NCBI GenBank assembly: GCA_963755125.1
Contig: CAVWIP010000015.1
Location: 224,001-288,000 of the forward strand
Source: an uncultured delta proteobacterium
GTDB lineage: Bacteria; Myxococcota_A; Polyangia; Fen-1088
Reading direction: 5' to 3'
Length of the DNA: 64,000 nt
How positions within the stretch are numbered: position 1 is the stretch's first letter; the number at the start of each line of letters is the position of its first letter. The translations under genes were made by a program, and so were the position numbers. The notes beneath the pieces are model-generated. The model searched no databases. It was not told where the DNA came from and saw only the letters and a list, made by a program, of their open reading frames with translations. Of the stretch, positions 10,011-20,794 are shown in pieces.

Positions 10011-11606
10011 ATGAGCTTTCGGGAGATCACAATGCAAGACGTACGAGAGTTGTTGCGCCGCCACGAGGCGGGGCAAAGTGCGCGCAAGATCGCGCGCGAA
10101 TTGGGCATGGATCGCAAGACAGTGGGGCGGTACTTGGAGCAGGCTCGCAGGCTGGAGCCCGCGCTGGCGACGGTGACCGACGATGTCGCTCTGAGCGTCG
10201 GTCACAGGGTGCAAGCGCGGGCACCAGTGGTGCCATCGCAAGCATGGCAGGTACTGGTCAACCGACGAGCGCAGATTGAAGCCTGGCTGGGGAGCGAGCC
10301 GCCGTTGCGGCTGGTGCGCATCCACGAGTTGCTGGCGCGCGAGGGCGTCGAGGTCGGATACACGACCTTGCGGCGGTTCGCCCACCGGGAGCTGGACTGG
10401 CACCAGCGCTCGCCGACGGTGCGGCTCGACGACCCACCCGCGGGGCAGGAAGCACAGGTCGATTTCGGCCTGATGGGGATGGTGACCGACGCGGAGGGAC
10501 GGTCGCGACGCCTGTGGGCGCTGATCGTGACGTTGCCGTCGAGTCGGTACATGCACGTGTACCCGAGCTTCACGCAGACGGTGGAGGACGTCTGCGCAGG
10601 GTTGGATGCCGCCTGGCGGTCTTTCGGCGGCATGCCCAAGCACATCATCCTCGACAATGCCTCGGCGATGGTGGTGCGTGCCAGTGCCACCGACCCGGGG
10701 CTCAATCGCGCTTTCCGCGACTACACCGATGCGCGCCAGCTCTTTGCGGACACGGCGCGCGTGCGGCATCCCAAGGACAAGGCCCGCGTCGAAAATCAGG
10801 TACCGTACGTGCGCGAGCGCTGGTTTGCCGGCGAAGCTTTCAGCCCCGACCTTGTGGAGATCCGCCGGCAGGCGGAGGCGTGGTGCCGGGAGGTGGCGGG
10901 TGCGCGCGTGCATGGGACGACAAGGCGTGTGCCGCGCGAGGTGTACGAAGCCGAGGAGCGAGCGCACATGCAGCCAGCACCCGAGGGCGAGTACGACGTG
11001 CCTCACTGGTGCTCTCCCAAAGTGCACCCTGACCACCACGTGCAGGTGCTCAAGGCGCTTTACTCGGTGCCCACGCGCTACATCGGCAAGATCGTCGAGG
11101 CACGGGCCGACCGCAAGACGGTTCGACTGTATTTGGGGGCCGAGCTGATCAAGGTGCATGCGCGCAAGGCCCCGGGCCAGCGCTCGACCGATCCGCAGGA
11201 CTTCCCGCCAGGGAAGGCGGCGTGGGCGCTGCGCGATGTGGACAGCGTCGTACGCCGAGCCCGTGGGTACGGCGAGAAGGTCGGTCAATTTGCCCAGCGC
11301 CTGCTCGAAGGTCCTGTGCCCTGGCTCAAGCTGCGGCAAGCCTACGGGCTTTTGCGCCTCTGCGAGCGATACGGGCAGGACCGGGTCAATGCCTTGTGCG
11401 AGCGCGCGCTCGCCTTCGATGTGATCGCGGTGCCGCGTATCGAGGGAATGCTCAAGGATGCCCGTCGGACCGAGGAGGCCGCTGTCGCCACGGGCCGCGT
11501 GATCGTGTTACCCGCACGCTTCGCTCGCGACGCAGCCACTTTCGCCACCCGTGCAACTGTCCCGCCCGATGGCCAGACAAACACGGAGTCGGGAGGTGAG
11601 TCATGA
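10011..11606 (+). CDS. istA: IS21 transposase IstA
   Basis: N-terminal HTH (SARKIARELGMDRKTVGRY), QVDFG, DN, PKDKARVE integrase-core motifs. Confidence 0.95.
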   Translation: MSFREITMQDVRELLRRHEAGQSARKIARELGMDRKTVGRYLEQARRLEPALATVTDDVALSVGHRVQARAPVVPSQAWQVLVNRRAQIEAWLGSEPPLRLVRIHELLAREGVEVGYTTLRRFAHRELDWHQRSPTVRLDDPPAGQEAQVDFGLMGMVTDAEGRSRRLWALIVTLPSSRYMHVYPSFTQTVEDVCAGLDAAWRSFGGMPKHIILDNASAMVVRASATDPGLNRAFRDYTDARQLFADTARVRHPKDKARVENQVPYVRERWFAGEAFSPDLVEIRRQAEAWCREVAGARVHGTTRRVPREVYEAEERAHMQPAPEGEYDVPHWCSPKVHPDHHVQVLKALYSVPTRYIGKIVEARADRKTVRLYLGAELIKVHARKAPGQRSTDPQDFPPGKAAWALRDVDSVVRRARGYGEKVGQFAQRLLEGPVPWLKLRQAYGLLRLCERYGQDRVNALCERALAFDVIAVPRIEGMLKDARRTEEAAVATGRVIVLPARFARDAATFATRATVPPDGQTNTESGGES

Positions 11607-12433
11607 GTGCCCGCACCATCAGCCCCGACCTGGTCGCCTCGCTCAAGCGGCTCCGCTTGGGCGGCCTCATTCCTACGCTGCCCGAACGCTTCACCCTCGC
11701 GGAAAAGGAGGACACCCCCTACGAGGACCTCCTGCTTCTGCTGCTCACCGACGAGATCTCCCGTCGGGACAGTAACGCCGCCCTCCGTCGTGCGGACCAG
11801 GCCGGCCTCGATCCGGACATGGTGCTTGAGCGGTGGGACAAGACCGCGAAGGTGACCTACGACCGACGGGTGCTCAATGAGCTGGTCTCACTCCGCTTTG
11901 TCGAGGACCATCGCAACGTCGTGATCCTCGGCCCGGTGGGAGTGGGCAAGACCTTTCTCTCGAACGCGCTCGGGCACCTGTGCTGTCGTGCCGGCTTCAA
12001 TGTGCGGCTGTCGCGGGCCGACGCACTCCTGCGCCTCTTCAAGCAGAGCCGCATGGACAATTCCAGGGAAGCCCTGATGACCCAACTGGCCACCGTCGAC
12101 GTGCTCATCATCGACGACTTTGCGCTCGAACCCATGAATCGCGAGGAGAGCCGCGACATCTACCAGCTCTTTGTCGAGCGTAATGCCCGTGCTTCCACGA
12201 TTGTGACCAGCAATCGCGACACAGTCGAGTGGATCGCCACTTTCGACGATGCCCTTTTGGCCCAGAGTGCCGTCGATCGTTTCAAGAACAACGCCTTCGA
12301 CCTCGTCGTCGATGGCGAGTCCTATCGGTCACGGCTCAAACCCAGCATCGACAAGCTGCCACCTCCGCCTGCGGCTCCGGTGAAGAAGGTGCCCATCCAT
12401 CCGCGTACCAAAGCTGCGGCCCGCCGCCGATGA
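11603..12433 (+). CDS. istB: IS21 helper ATPase IstB
   Basis: Walker A GPVGVGKT, Walker B LIIDD, TSN, VDR; ATGA overlap with istA. Confidence 0.95.
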   Translation: MSARTISPDLVASLKRLRLGGLIPTLPERFTLAEKEDTPYEDLLLLLLTDEISRRDSNAALRRADQAGLDPDMVLERWDKTAKVTYDRRVLNELVSLRFVEDHRNVVILGPVGVGKTFLSNALGHLCCRAGFNVRLSRADALLRLFKQSRMDNSREALMTQLATVDVLIIDDFALEPMNREESRDIYQLFVERNARASTIVTSNRDTVEWIATFDDALLAQSAVDRFKNNAFDLVVDGESYRSRLKPSIDKLPPPPAAPVKKVPIHPRTKAAARRR

Positions 12434-12751
12434 CACCACCGCGCACGTCGGGCCCCTGCCGGGGCCCTCCGGGGTCGACCTAAAGGCCAATCTGTGGCAT
12501 GAGATCAGCCGGTCCTTCGATGCCCGTCACCTGGCCCCATGACCCTGGCGAGACGTGGCCCCATCATCCTGGCGAGTGACACGGTCGGACGCCTCCACGC
12601 AGAAGGCGGTGCCCAGATCATCCGCAGAGGGCTGCGATAAGAAGCCGACGGTCGCGTTGTCTTGTGACACGTGGCGCATAATCTCCTCCCTTGTCCGTGT
12701 TGGATGGTGAGAAACTCCCCAGCTCACAAGGGGCATCTGAGCAGCAAAGCG

Positions 12752-12867
12752 GGTCATTCAGGGCGGTCGAGGCGGATCAAAGGCAGGCAACGATCAGCAG
12801 CCAGGTACACCATCGTCATGGCCACTTGATCCCAGGATGGCGGTGTTCGTGCCCCCGAGATCATCCA
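12752..12867 (+). repeat. Backbone repeat family C, partial copy
   Basis: CCAGGTACACCATCGTCATGGCCACTTGATCCC is identical to copy 1. Confidence 0.8.
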
Positions 12868-13069
12868 ACATGGGGGTCCGGTGGAAGAAGCACCAGAGAC
12901 GACTGGGCTCAGCCAACCACGATCTAACCCAGGACGCGATGTGATAAACTCTGCCTATGGTTGGCGCAGTCGCGGAGCACGACAAGATCGAGCTCAAAAC
13001 TCTACCCGGTCCCGCTACCCAGTTCTGCCTCGGCTAGTTTAGGCAACGCCATATTGGCTTGAGGTGAAG

Positions 13070-13639
13070 ATGAACAGCGCTCTCAGCACATTCCGACAGG
13101 TTCTGATTTCTGTGGCGTTAGCGACGATCTTCTGCGCGGGTTGCAACAATGGGCCGGATTGCCACACGGGCAAGCTTTACTATGGTTCCTTGCCCCCGGT
13201 ACAGGGAACCGTGACCTACGGGCAGCCTCCGGTCAGCCAGCCTTTTGGCGGTCTCCCCGACGCGTCTTCGTATCCCTGCATGCAAGCGCCAACCACCTGC
13301 AGTCTCGTTTCATTTGGCGCTGGCAGCGGGGCAGTAACCATCGCCGTCACAGTCGCACCTTTCCACAACGGGCAGGTCATAGCGCTGCCTTCGCCAGATG
13401 TGACGGTGACTGCATCACTTAATGACGCGTACGCCGGTATTATTCCCTATGACGGCGGGGCATGGCAAGAGGCTCTTACTTTGGTTTCCGGCACGCTCAC
13501 AGTGACAGTCTCCCTCAACAACTTCGACGCTCATTTTGACATGACATTTACCAGACCCAACGGCGGTGCCGTGGTGATTCAGAACGCTCGGGCCGCCATG
13601 CTTAACGCGACATCCACAGAGACCACGACCTGTTACTGA
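13070..13639 (+). CDS. Lipoprotein of unknown function
   Basis: Signal peptide with lipobox CAGC; beta-rich mature region. Confidence 0.75.
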   Translation: MNSALSTFRQVLISVALATIFCAGCNNGPDCHTGKLYYGSLPPVQGTVTYGQPPVSQPFGGLPDASSYPCMQAPTTCSLVSFGAGSGAVTIAVTVAPFHNGQVIALPSPDVTVTASLNDAYAGIIPYDGGAWQEALTLVSGTLTVTVSLNNFDAHFDMTFTRPNGGAVVIQNARAAMLNATSTETTTCY

Positions 13640-13655
13640 TGCCCAAGTGATACCC

Positions 13656-13925
13656 CTACTGTCGGGTCAGGACCATGGTTCCCTGTGAGACGCCCGCCCC
13701 ATTGCTCGGGACGAGAGCCACAGTGATCTGGTTGCCCGAAACGCAGTAGGGGTCTTCGATAGGGGATGATCCGTTGTCGGGTTGGAAGGTCAGCGTGTCA
13801 CCCAGCGCGCTGTACGACCCAGCTAACGCTACCGACTCGGTGGCCACCAGAGTACATGTGCAACCGCTTGTCCCGGAGCACGCAACTGTTGTGGATGTCG
13901 CCGACCCACTGCCGGAGTTTGTCCC
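13656..13925 (-). pseudogene. 5'-truncated remnant of a secreted Cys-containing protein
   Basis: Open frame CSGTSGCTCTL...YCVSGNQI...MVLTRQ; 5' end cut at a family A repeat. Confidence 0.55.
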
Positions 13926-13967
13926 ATCTGGATGTAGGCGTTTGAGCGTCGCACGGCGAGTTAGCTA
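13924..13967 (+). repeat. Backbone repeat family A, left part
   Basis: CCATCTGG...TCGCACGGCGAGTTAGCTA, matching 27287-27329. Confidence 0.75.
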
Positions 13968-14459
13968 GGGGAGTGCGGGCCGCGGCGGCGAATCACTATC
14001 GTCCGCGTTTGGCAGCCTTGGGCACCTAGGCCTGGGCAGCAGCAAGATCATCAGCGACGACACGATCAGGGACACGATGGCGTAGCGAGCGTCATGCGCC
14101 TTGAACGAAAGAAGTACGCCCCAAAATCCTGCGCCATGAAGAACGGCCGCGCGCACGAGAAAGCGCCCGAATGCCGAATATTCCCAACGCCTGCGGGACG
14201 GGGTGGTCTGCGAACTCGGCCTACGGCGGGAAAACCAGGGCAATAGCCAACCGTCGGCCCAGGTCAAAATCGCCGACGCCGTCGCAAAGACGAACCAGCC
14301 GGTACCAACCTCCTTGCTGGGGCTCCAGGGAGCGCTCCAATCCACCGGTCTCGCGTCGTTCAGAGCTAACAACGCGTAGATCAACATCGCTGCCAGCATC
14401 CATGCGCGGACCAACGTGAACTTCCAAGGTCCATCCATCCGTTCCCCGGTGTCGTTCAT
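13965..14459 (-). CDS. Hypothetical membrane protein (about 4 TM)
   Basis: Four hydrophobic segments; stop codon overlaps the TTAGCTA motif. Confidence 0.6.
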   Translation of the reverse strand: MNDTGERMDGPWKFTLVRAWMLAAMLIYALLALNDARPVDWSAPWSPSKEVGTGWFVFATASAILTWADGWLLPWFSRRRPSSQTTPSRRRWEYSAFGRFLVRAAVLHGAGFWGVLLSFKAHDARYAIVSLIVSSLMILLLPRPRCPRLPNADDSDSPPRPALP

Positions 14460-14615
14460 CGTATCCGGCTATGGTACCACCTCGGTGGGCCGCCGCCGAT
14501 GAAGCTGTCGATCCTGCCACAGGGACATCGTGTAGAATCGAGAAACCGACTCGGCGGCGACGCCGCCGTTCACCTTGCGAAGGTCGCGGAAGAGTGTAAA
14601 GGCCAAGCCGCATCC

Positions 14616-14750
14616 ATGACCAAGGCCGACCTCATCTCCATAATCGCCGACAAGCTCAAGTTCCATTGGGCGCGTGCGGAGCTGCTGATAGACGTGGTCT
14701 TCGGCTGCATGGAGCAGTCAATGAGTCGTGGCGAGAAGATCGAAATGCGT
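14616..14750 (+). pseudogene. ihfB: IHF beta-like gene, 5' half only
   Basis: MTKADLISIIADKLKF...SRGEKIE, then homology ends. Confidence 0.85.
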
Positions 14751-14811
14751 ACTACGTGCCCAAGCTATCCCCATACCCAGCGCCGGCGAGGATGATGCCG
14801 TAGCCGATGGC

Positions 14812-15261
14812 CTAGTCGGGAATCTCCGCTTCCACCAATTGCGCAAGCAAGGTCAGCGATTCTTGCCAACCCAGGTAGCACATCTCGGTGGGAATCATGG
14901 CCGGGATTCCTTCTTGCACGATGCTTAGTTCGGTCCCGCAGGAGACCGGCTTCAGGGACACCGTCGTCCGCATTTCGCCAGGCATGTTCGGATCGTCGAA
15001 TTTGTCGGTGTAGCCAATCCGTTCATTGGGCACAAGCTCCAGGTACTCTCCGCCAAACGAGTGGCTACGCCCCGTGGCGAAATTCGTGAACGACATCTTG
15101 AAGGTGCCACCAACCTTGGCGTCCAGATGGTGGACGTTGCCCGTAAAGCCATGCGGTGGAAGCCATTTGGCCATGGCGTCGGGGTCGAGAAAAGCCCGGT
15201 AGATTCGCTCTGGTGTAGCCCGAATCACACGGTGGAGTCGAACAGTGCCTGTCGTCGTCAT
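14812..15261 (-). CDS. SRPBCC/AHSA1-like (START-domain) protein
   Basis: TVRLHRVIRATPERIYRAFLDPDAMAKWLPP...GWQESLTLLAQLVE. Confidence 0.9.
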   Translation of the reverse strand: MTTTGTVRLHRVIRATPERIYRAFLDPDAMAKWLPPHGFTGNVHHLDAKVGGTFKMSFTNFATGRSHSFGGEYLELVPNERIGYTDKFDDPNMPGEMRTTVSLKPVSCGTELSIVQEGIPAMIPTEMCYLGWQESLTLLAQLVEAEIPD

Positions 15262-15427
15262 GTCGCTGTTCCTTTCGCGTTGATGGGCGCTTGGTATTGG
15301 ATGACCGAGGAGCGCGAAGGTGACGCCGGAGCTATCTGGGGTGGGCTTTCCCCCATAGGTCGCCCTGGCCAGTGCACTGGAGACCATGGTGTCGGTCGTT
15401 GGTCGCCTTGCCGTGAAGCAACGATGC

Positions 15428-15916
15428 ATGCCCTCGGCCCCTTTTGCCGGTAATCTGGCAGGCATGATCTGGGAGTGCCACTGGCTGGCAATCGGCCTGG
15501 CGTTGTCGTTCACCGGGCTTGCCTGCTCGCGGACACCCATGGATGAACAGCAGGGGATGAACACCATCAGCCCGGGTGGGGGAGCCACCACGGTCACCAG
15601 TGGAGGGAGCACTGGTACCGTGGGAGGCACAGGTGGCATGACAAATGCCGGCGGAAACAAGTGCATCACAGGCCAAAACACGTGTGCGACAGACGATGAC
15701 TGCACCACCAGCGATTACCGACCACCCATATCGTCGGCAGGGGACTGCTACTGCTTCGCGTGCGGCTATGCCGTGAGCAAGACAATGGCTGTTGACTGTC
15801 AGAGTGCGTACGACCAGTTTTGTGGCCTCAACTGGCAGCTCGAACACGGCTGTGAACCCCCTCCCTGCTTTCCTGGGATGGGTGGTGCCGCGTGCCTCGC
15901 GGGTATGTGCCAGTAG
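15428..15916 (+). CDS. Small Cys-rich lipoprotein
   Basis: Lipobox GLAC; signal WLAIG..S...LAC.RT.M.EQ shared with 53448-55061; start codon uncertain. Confidence 0.75.
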   Translation: MPSAPFAGNLAGMIWECHWLAIGLALSFTGLACSRTPMDEQQGMNTISPGGGATTVTSGGSTGTVGGTGGMTNAGGNKCITGQNTCATDDDCTTSDYRPPISSAGDCYCFACGYAVSKTMAVDCQSAYDQFCGLNWQLEHGCEPPPCFPGMGGAACLAGMCQ

Positions 15917-15993
15917 TCCGACTTACCCATTCGAGTCTCGAAAGCCGTCAGCACTTCCTACGCCCAGCTGATCCGGGTTCACCCTTCGCTAGA

Positions 15994-16076
15994 TTAGCTA
16001 CAGAACCTGGGTCCCCCAACGATCCAGGTACCCACGGTGGTCCGTGAACCGGGGGTGGGGTATGTCGACGGGTGAA
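15994..16076 (+). repeat. Backbone repeat family A, core copy
   Basis: TTAGCTACAGAA..GGGTCCCC...GATCC...CCCACGGT...ACCGGGGGTGGGGTATGTCGACGG; aligns with 22258 and 32807. Confidence 0.8.
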
Positions 16077-16252
16077 GGACTGGAAAGGTCATCGGCAACC
16101 AGGTGTCCTGCCCCGCGATCAACCCGACGGGATTGCGACACGAATGTCAGGACTTGAGGGCTTCGCATAGTTGGGCGTGATGCAAATTGCGGAGTTGCGG
16201 GGGGCACAGGTCTTGCAGCGTCAACCGGCCAGCGGGGTGACAGACTCGCCCT

Positions 16253-16268
16253 TGGCCTCGAACTTGCT
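16253..16268 (+). promoter_or_regulatory. Putative sigma-54 (-24/-12) promoter
   Basis: TGGCCT-N5-TTGCT about 30 bp upstream of the ATG; identical copy at 25331; second match GGGCAC-N5-TTGCA at 16202. Confidence 0.55.
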
Positions 16269-16299
16269 GATATCCTGTCCACTCGATCTGGAGGCAGCC

Positions 16300-18759
16300 A
16301 TGACTTGTTCGATTCGACTTGGGACCGGTTGTTGCGTTCTTTCCTCCGTCTTCTGCGTCGTGCTTTCTGGATGTGGTTCAAGCAGTGCCAGCGGGAATGG
16401 AGCAGTGGTGGACAGCGGTGGAATCGTCGAGACTGGCGGGGCGTACCCGAATGGACAAGAAAGTGGGTCTCCCGGCACCAGCGCGTTGCTAGTTTGCGAC
16501 CCGGTCGATCCAGCCCCTATCAAGCTCGGCACGATACTGGGCGCGGGGCGGGACACTGACGGAACGCTCTACGTGGTCGATCTGCCGCAAGGCCCCGGCA
16601 GCGAGCGCGTGTTCGTCTCTTCGGGTGCCACGCTGCAACGTCAGCCCATCGCTCGATCGGGTGGAGGTGTAGATGATGGGAGCGGAGGGACGGTTTACGT
16701 GTTCACGATCAACTATGGCACTACCGCCTTTTCGCTCGAACTGGAAACGAATGCGGCTGGCCCCACGGCCATGGGTGTGGTTCATGGCACGCTGACGACG
16801 CGGACTTTCACCATCGGCCAGCAGGGAAGCGTTCTCACGCTGGTTCCGGCTTCCGAAATCGCGACAATACCAGCCACCGACATTCCCAGTTTCATCAACT
16901 ACAACCTTACCCTTTCCGACGGGCGCGCCCTGCTGGTAGTTAGCCCAGTCCTGGGCGATGGGGTGCATGGGTATTATCGTGTCTTCTTCGGAACGCCGGA
17001 CAACATGGTCGAGCGGTTAGTCTTTCAAGTAAATCAAGACGCTGATACGACCACGATCAAGTTCATGGTCGACGGCGAGATGGCCGAGGTGAGTTCCTCG
17101 ATTGCGTTGACGGGGGGCCCCACGGTGACAATTGGCAGTACGCTTTTCGCCTCTGGCGGTTCGCAATTCTCTTTGACCATGGGGCCGACGGATTCCCCGC
17201 CTACTGGATACAGCTACCTCTGTCTGGGCGATTCATCGACGAACGACGGTGTTGATGGTGGAACCATGCAAATGGACGGGCCTGCCGTGTGCCGTGCGCC
17301 TTCGCCCGACTACGGGCCAACGTCCGTTTTTCCGGTCCTTCCCAACGGCACCCCAGCGGCAGCCACAACCTGTCCCGCTCCGTGCGGAAACTCGGCGTGG
17401 CCGGGGTACGGCGTGCCCAATATCGACATTGCGCTTCCGTACGGGGCGTGCGCCGCTGGCACTCCCTCATGCTCGACACTCGCAAGCATTCCTTGTGCCT
17501 GTGGAGCAGAAAGCGGGCCAGTCGACGGTTTCATCTGTAGCTGTGAGGGAGGCATCTGGATCTGCCGCATCCAGTGGCTGGGGACGGCGCTCTGCTGGCC
17601 ATGTCCTGATGCTGGCGTTGGCCAGATGGACCAAGCGCCCACCAGTGATGGACCAGAAAGCGCAGACGAGGCGAGTACAGCGCCGACAAAGCCTGATGCG
17701 CTCGGCGAGGCTTCGACGGGGCTGCAGGGAGTTTTCGTACCGACGGGCAGCATGACCTTGGCAAGGAGTGGCCACACGGCGACGTTGTTGCCGAACGGGA
17801 AGGTTCTCATCGCCGGCGGAGACAATCACGGGGACCTCGCAAGCGTGGAGCTATACGACCCAGTGGCTGGGACATTCACGGCTACCGGTAGCATGTCCAC
17901 GACTAGGGTGGATCACACGGCGACCTTGCTGCCCAACGGGATGGTGCTAGTCGCTGGCGGCTGCTGTGGCGCCACGTATCTCGCGAGCGCAGAGCTATAC
18001 GACCCAAGCGCCGGAACATTCACGGCCACTGGCAGCATGACCGTGGCAAGGGCGTACCACACGGCGACGTTGTTGCCGAACGGGAAGGTTCTCATCGTCG
18101 GTGGGTTCAGTAGTTCCGTGGCCGGCGACCCGGCTCTCGCGAGCGCGGAACTATACGACCCCAGCACTGGGACATTTACGGCCACTGGCAGTATGACCGC
18201 GGCTAGGTCCAGTCACAGTGCGACGTCGTTGGGCAACGGGAAGGTGCTCATCGCTGGGGGGATGATATTGGGCCAGGGGAAGGAACTCGCGAGCGCGGAA
18301 GTTTACGACCCAGTGGCCGGGACATTCACGGCCACCGGAAGCATGACCACGGCCAGGGCGGGGCATACGGCGATCTTGCTGAACGACGGGGAAGTGCTCA
18401 TCATCGGCGACTATAGCAACGACCTCGCAAGCGTGGAGTTGTACGACCCAGTGGCTGGGACGTTCACGGCCACCGGCAGCATGACTGTGGCCAGGGGGTA
18501 CCACACGGCGACGTTGTTGAGCAATGGGAACGTGCTCATCGCGGGGGGCCTCAACTACAGCCACGGGGCTCTCGCAAGTGCGGAGCTATACGACCCAGTA
18601 GCGGGAACATTCACGGCCACCGGGAGCATGACCGTGGGAAGGTACAGCCACACGGCGACGTTGTTGCCGACCGGGAGGGTGCTCATCGCCGGTGGGATGA
18701 ACGATTCTGGTGCACCAGACTCCTCCCCGTATCTCGCTAGCGCGGAGCTATACGAATAG
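16300..18759 (+). CDS. Multidomain lipoprotein with a C-terminal Kelch-like beta-propeller
   Basis: Lipobox LSGC; seven [26 protein letters not shown]...ASAELYDP repeats; RBS GGAGG. Confidence 0.88.
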   Translation: MTCSIRLGTGCCVLSSVFCVVLSGCGSSSASGNGAVVDSGGIVETGGAYPNGQESGSPGTSALLVCDPVDPAPIKLGTILGAGRDTDGTLYVVDLPQGPGSERVFVSSGATLQRQPIARSGGGVDDGSGGTVYVFTINYGTTAFSLELETNAAGPTAMGVVHGTLTTRTFTIGQQGSVLTLVPASEIATIPATDIPSFINYNLTLSDGRALLVVSPVLGDGVHGYYRVFFGTPDNMVERLVFQVNQDADTTTIKFMVDGEMAEVSSSIALTGGPTVTIGSTLFASGGSQFSLTMGPTDSPPTGYSYLCLGDSSTNDGVDGGTMQMDGPAVCRAPSPDYGPTSVFPVLPNGTPAAATTCPAPCGNSAWPGYGVPNIDIALPYGACAAGTPSCSTLASIPCACGAESGPVDGFICSCEGGIWICRIQWLGTALCWPCPDAGVGQMDQAPTSDGPESADEASTAPTKPDALGEASTGLQGVFVPTGSMTLARSGHTATLLPNGKVLIAGGDNHGDLASVELYDPVAGTFTATGSMSTTRVDHTATLLPNGMVLVAGGCCGATYLASAELYDPSAGTFTATGSMTVARAYHTATLLPNGKVLIVGGFSSSVAGDPALASAELYDPSTGTFTATGSMTAARSSHSATSLGNGKVLIAGGMILGQGKELASAEVYDPVAGTFTATGSMTTARAGHTAILLNDGEVLIIGDYSNDLASVELYDPVAGTFTATGSMTVARGYHTATLLSNGNVLIAGGLNYSHGALASAELYDPVAGTFTATGSMTVGRYSHTATLLPTGRVLIAGGMNDSGAPDSSPYLASAELYE

Positions 18760-18836
18760 ACCCCAACAATCCCGCGAGCCGAAGAATCAAAGCTGAGTCA
18801 GACGCGGACATGCTCAGCAGCCTTTGAGGAGGAACG

Positions 18837-19379
18837 ATGGCTCTTAAAGAACGTCTTCCGATTTGCATCCTTCTGATGGGGGCAGCAGTCGGCCTTGAGG
18901 CTGTTCCGGCCGCTGCGGTAGGGGCGAAGACTGAGGGGAGCAAGCCCACCGATGGTTTTACCGCGCAACCGGTGAACTTCGCGAATCCTGACCAACTGTT
19001 GGAACGCAGGCGGCGGAGCGAACAGCCATGTGACTGGGAGTCCTATGAAGGCGGCCAGGTCATCCGGTGTGAGGCTGCGGTGGACGGCGCGGTTCAGCTC
19101 GTCGTCAAGGCGACGGGACGAATCTACGATTTCCTGAAGAACACAGATCCGCCAGCCAGAAAGGCCCTTGATGCCAGTGCCGCGATTTGGTGGAAGTACT
19201 TTAAGCAATGCGATCTGTTCGCTCTTGACCACGCGGCGATAGCAAAGAACGGGCAGCTGGCGCATCACGGGGCTGCGGGCAGATGTCGATACCGAATTCT
19301 TGCAGACCGACTGAGAGAGCTACTTGAGTTCGAAGAACTCGTCAGGGAGAATCGACGAAATGGCTCAGCGAAAAAGTGA
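18837..19379 (+). CDS. Secreted hypothetical protein
   Basis: Strong RBS GAGGAGG; signal peptide. Confidence 0.65.
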   Translation: MALKERLPICILLMGAAVGLEAVPAAAVGAKTEGSKPTDGFTAQPVNFANPDQLLERRRRSEQPCDWESYEGGQVIRCEAAVDGAVQLVVKATGRIYDFLKNTDPPARKALDASAAIWWKYFKQCDLFALDHAAIAKNGQLAHHGAAGRCRYRILADRLRELLEFEELVRENRRNGSAKK

Positions 19380-19443
19380 TCCTTTTCCGACGACGCTGGC
19401 CAACCCGGCGTTGCACCTGACAGGCCCTGCAGGTGAACGCCAG

Positions 19444-19635
19444 CCCTTCTCCCGCGTACAAAGCCAGACCCCTGGGTCTTGCCCTCTAAGTCCGACAAGA
19501 ACGGCGGAGAGGGAGGAGGAATATGATCATGCGATGCCGTCATGGCCACTTGATCCCAGGGTGGCGATGTTCCTGACCTGACCCCCATGATCATCCAGCT
19601 GTTTCCAGATACACTACCCCGGGTGGTTGATAGAG
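19444..19635 (+). repeat. Backbone repeat family C, copy 3
   Basis: Aligns with 9111-9360 apart from internal deletions. Confidence 0.82.
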
Positions 19636-19661
19636 CGTTCAGCTGAGCGTGACTGCAACAG

Positions 19662-20234
19662 CTACTTGTACCCGACGTTGATCATGAGGGCCAGCGAGTC
19701 ATTGGTGTGGCCGAAGTCGAGGATTTCGAGCTGCGCTTTGACGTCGAGCGGCCCGAGCAAGACACCGGCACCGACAGTCCCGCCGAACTTGGTTTCGAGG
19801 GCGATCTGGCTTTGCGTAAGGCCAGCCATGGTGCCCTCGGTCTTGGCCCATAAAAGGTTGAGCCCCACCTCCGCTCCGCCGTAGATGATGTCGGTGAGGA
19901 AGTACTTGGTGCCCACCCAAAGCGGGATGTTGTCCGTGCCCGTCTTGAGCCCAGCGGTGTCCTTCTTGAGCGAGTAGATATAGCCGACCCGGAAGGTTCC
20001 GTTCAGGTTTGGGATCAGACTGTACTCGACGCGAACCAGACCACCGAAGCCCACGCCCGTCACGTCCGCAAAATTTCCAAGAGGAAGCTGGAAAGCGGTG
20101 TCCGCGCCGATGATCAGTTTGCCCCCCATCAGCCCTGTCGCAGCCGGGGCAGGATTCGTCTCGGCAGCAGGAGGTGCCTTGTCTTCGCCCCTGGCGGGCC
20201 CCGTCATGGCCAGCAAAGTCAAACCAACGAACAT
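19662..20234 (-). CDS. Outer-membrane beta-barrel protein (possibly damaged at both ends)
   Basis: Signal peptide and alternating beta-strands; the RBS-associated ATG at 20250 is out of frame by one base; no terminal Phe. Confidence 0.7.
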   Translation of the reverse strand: MFVGLTLLAMTGPARGEDKAPPAAETNPAPAATGLMGGKLIIGADTAFQLPLGNFADVTGVGFGGLVRVEYSLIPNLNGTFRVGYIYSLKKDTAGLKTGTDNIPLWVGTKYFLTDIIYGGAEVGLNLLWAKTEGTMAGLTQSQIALETKFGGTVGAGVLLGPLDVKAQLEILDFGHTNDSLALMINVGYK

Positions 20235-20542
20235 GTTTGCTTTTGCGCATTCTCTTCTCCTCAATTCCAAATTGTATAATACCCAGTGCGCGAAACATCC
20301 AGTCAGATCTTCAACCGGCAGCAGCCGCGTGATGGCGTCGGCCAGATGCGATTTGCCCGCCGCTGCCCGTGTCCGAGCCCGTGATGCTCGACTGAAGACA
20401 AACAGGGAATTGAGTTGTCGGGTTTGGAAGGCGACCTTGGTATTGCCGCCCGCCATTTCAGATTCTTCTGCAATTTCCAGCGTGTTGCAGTCGCAACCGG
20501 AAAAGTCCAAAATGTCCTGAGCCGTAGCTGCCCTATCAGCGG

Positions 20543-20794
20543 GTGGCAAAGGCTCTCGGGTTGCAGGTTCGGGCTTTTCGTCAGGCGAAGGGGTGGACGC
20601 TTGAGCAGGCGGCGGAGAAGGGAGACATGGATCTGAAGCACTGGCAGAAGATCGAAGCCGGTACCATCAACGTCACCCTGGTAACCCTGGTGAGGCTGGC
20701 CGAGGGTCTGGGCGAGAGCGTGGGCAGCCTCTTCGGAACACCCATCGTGCCGACGAACAAGCGAACACGCGGGATCAAGACTACGGCAGGATAG
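20543..20794 (+). CDS. XRE-family HTH transcriptional regulator
   Basis: LGLQVRAFRQAKGWTLEQAAE...KIEAGTINVTLVTLVRLAEGLG. Confidence 0.85.
   Translation: MAKALGLQVRAFRQAKGWTLEQAAEKGDMDLKHWQKIEAGTINVTLVTLVRLAEGLGESVGSLFGTPIVPTNKRTRGIKTTAG

Larger units (their letters stand above)
9765..12581 (+). mobile_element. IS21-family insertion sequence, 2817 bp
   Basis: TGTCA(A/C)TCGCCAGG..GATGGGGCCA terminal IRs; 5-bp TSD CGGTC (9760-9764, 12582-12586); about six subterminal TCGCCAGGGTCATGGGGCCA repeats on the left and two on the right. Confidence 0.95.
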
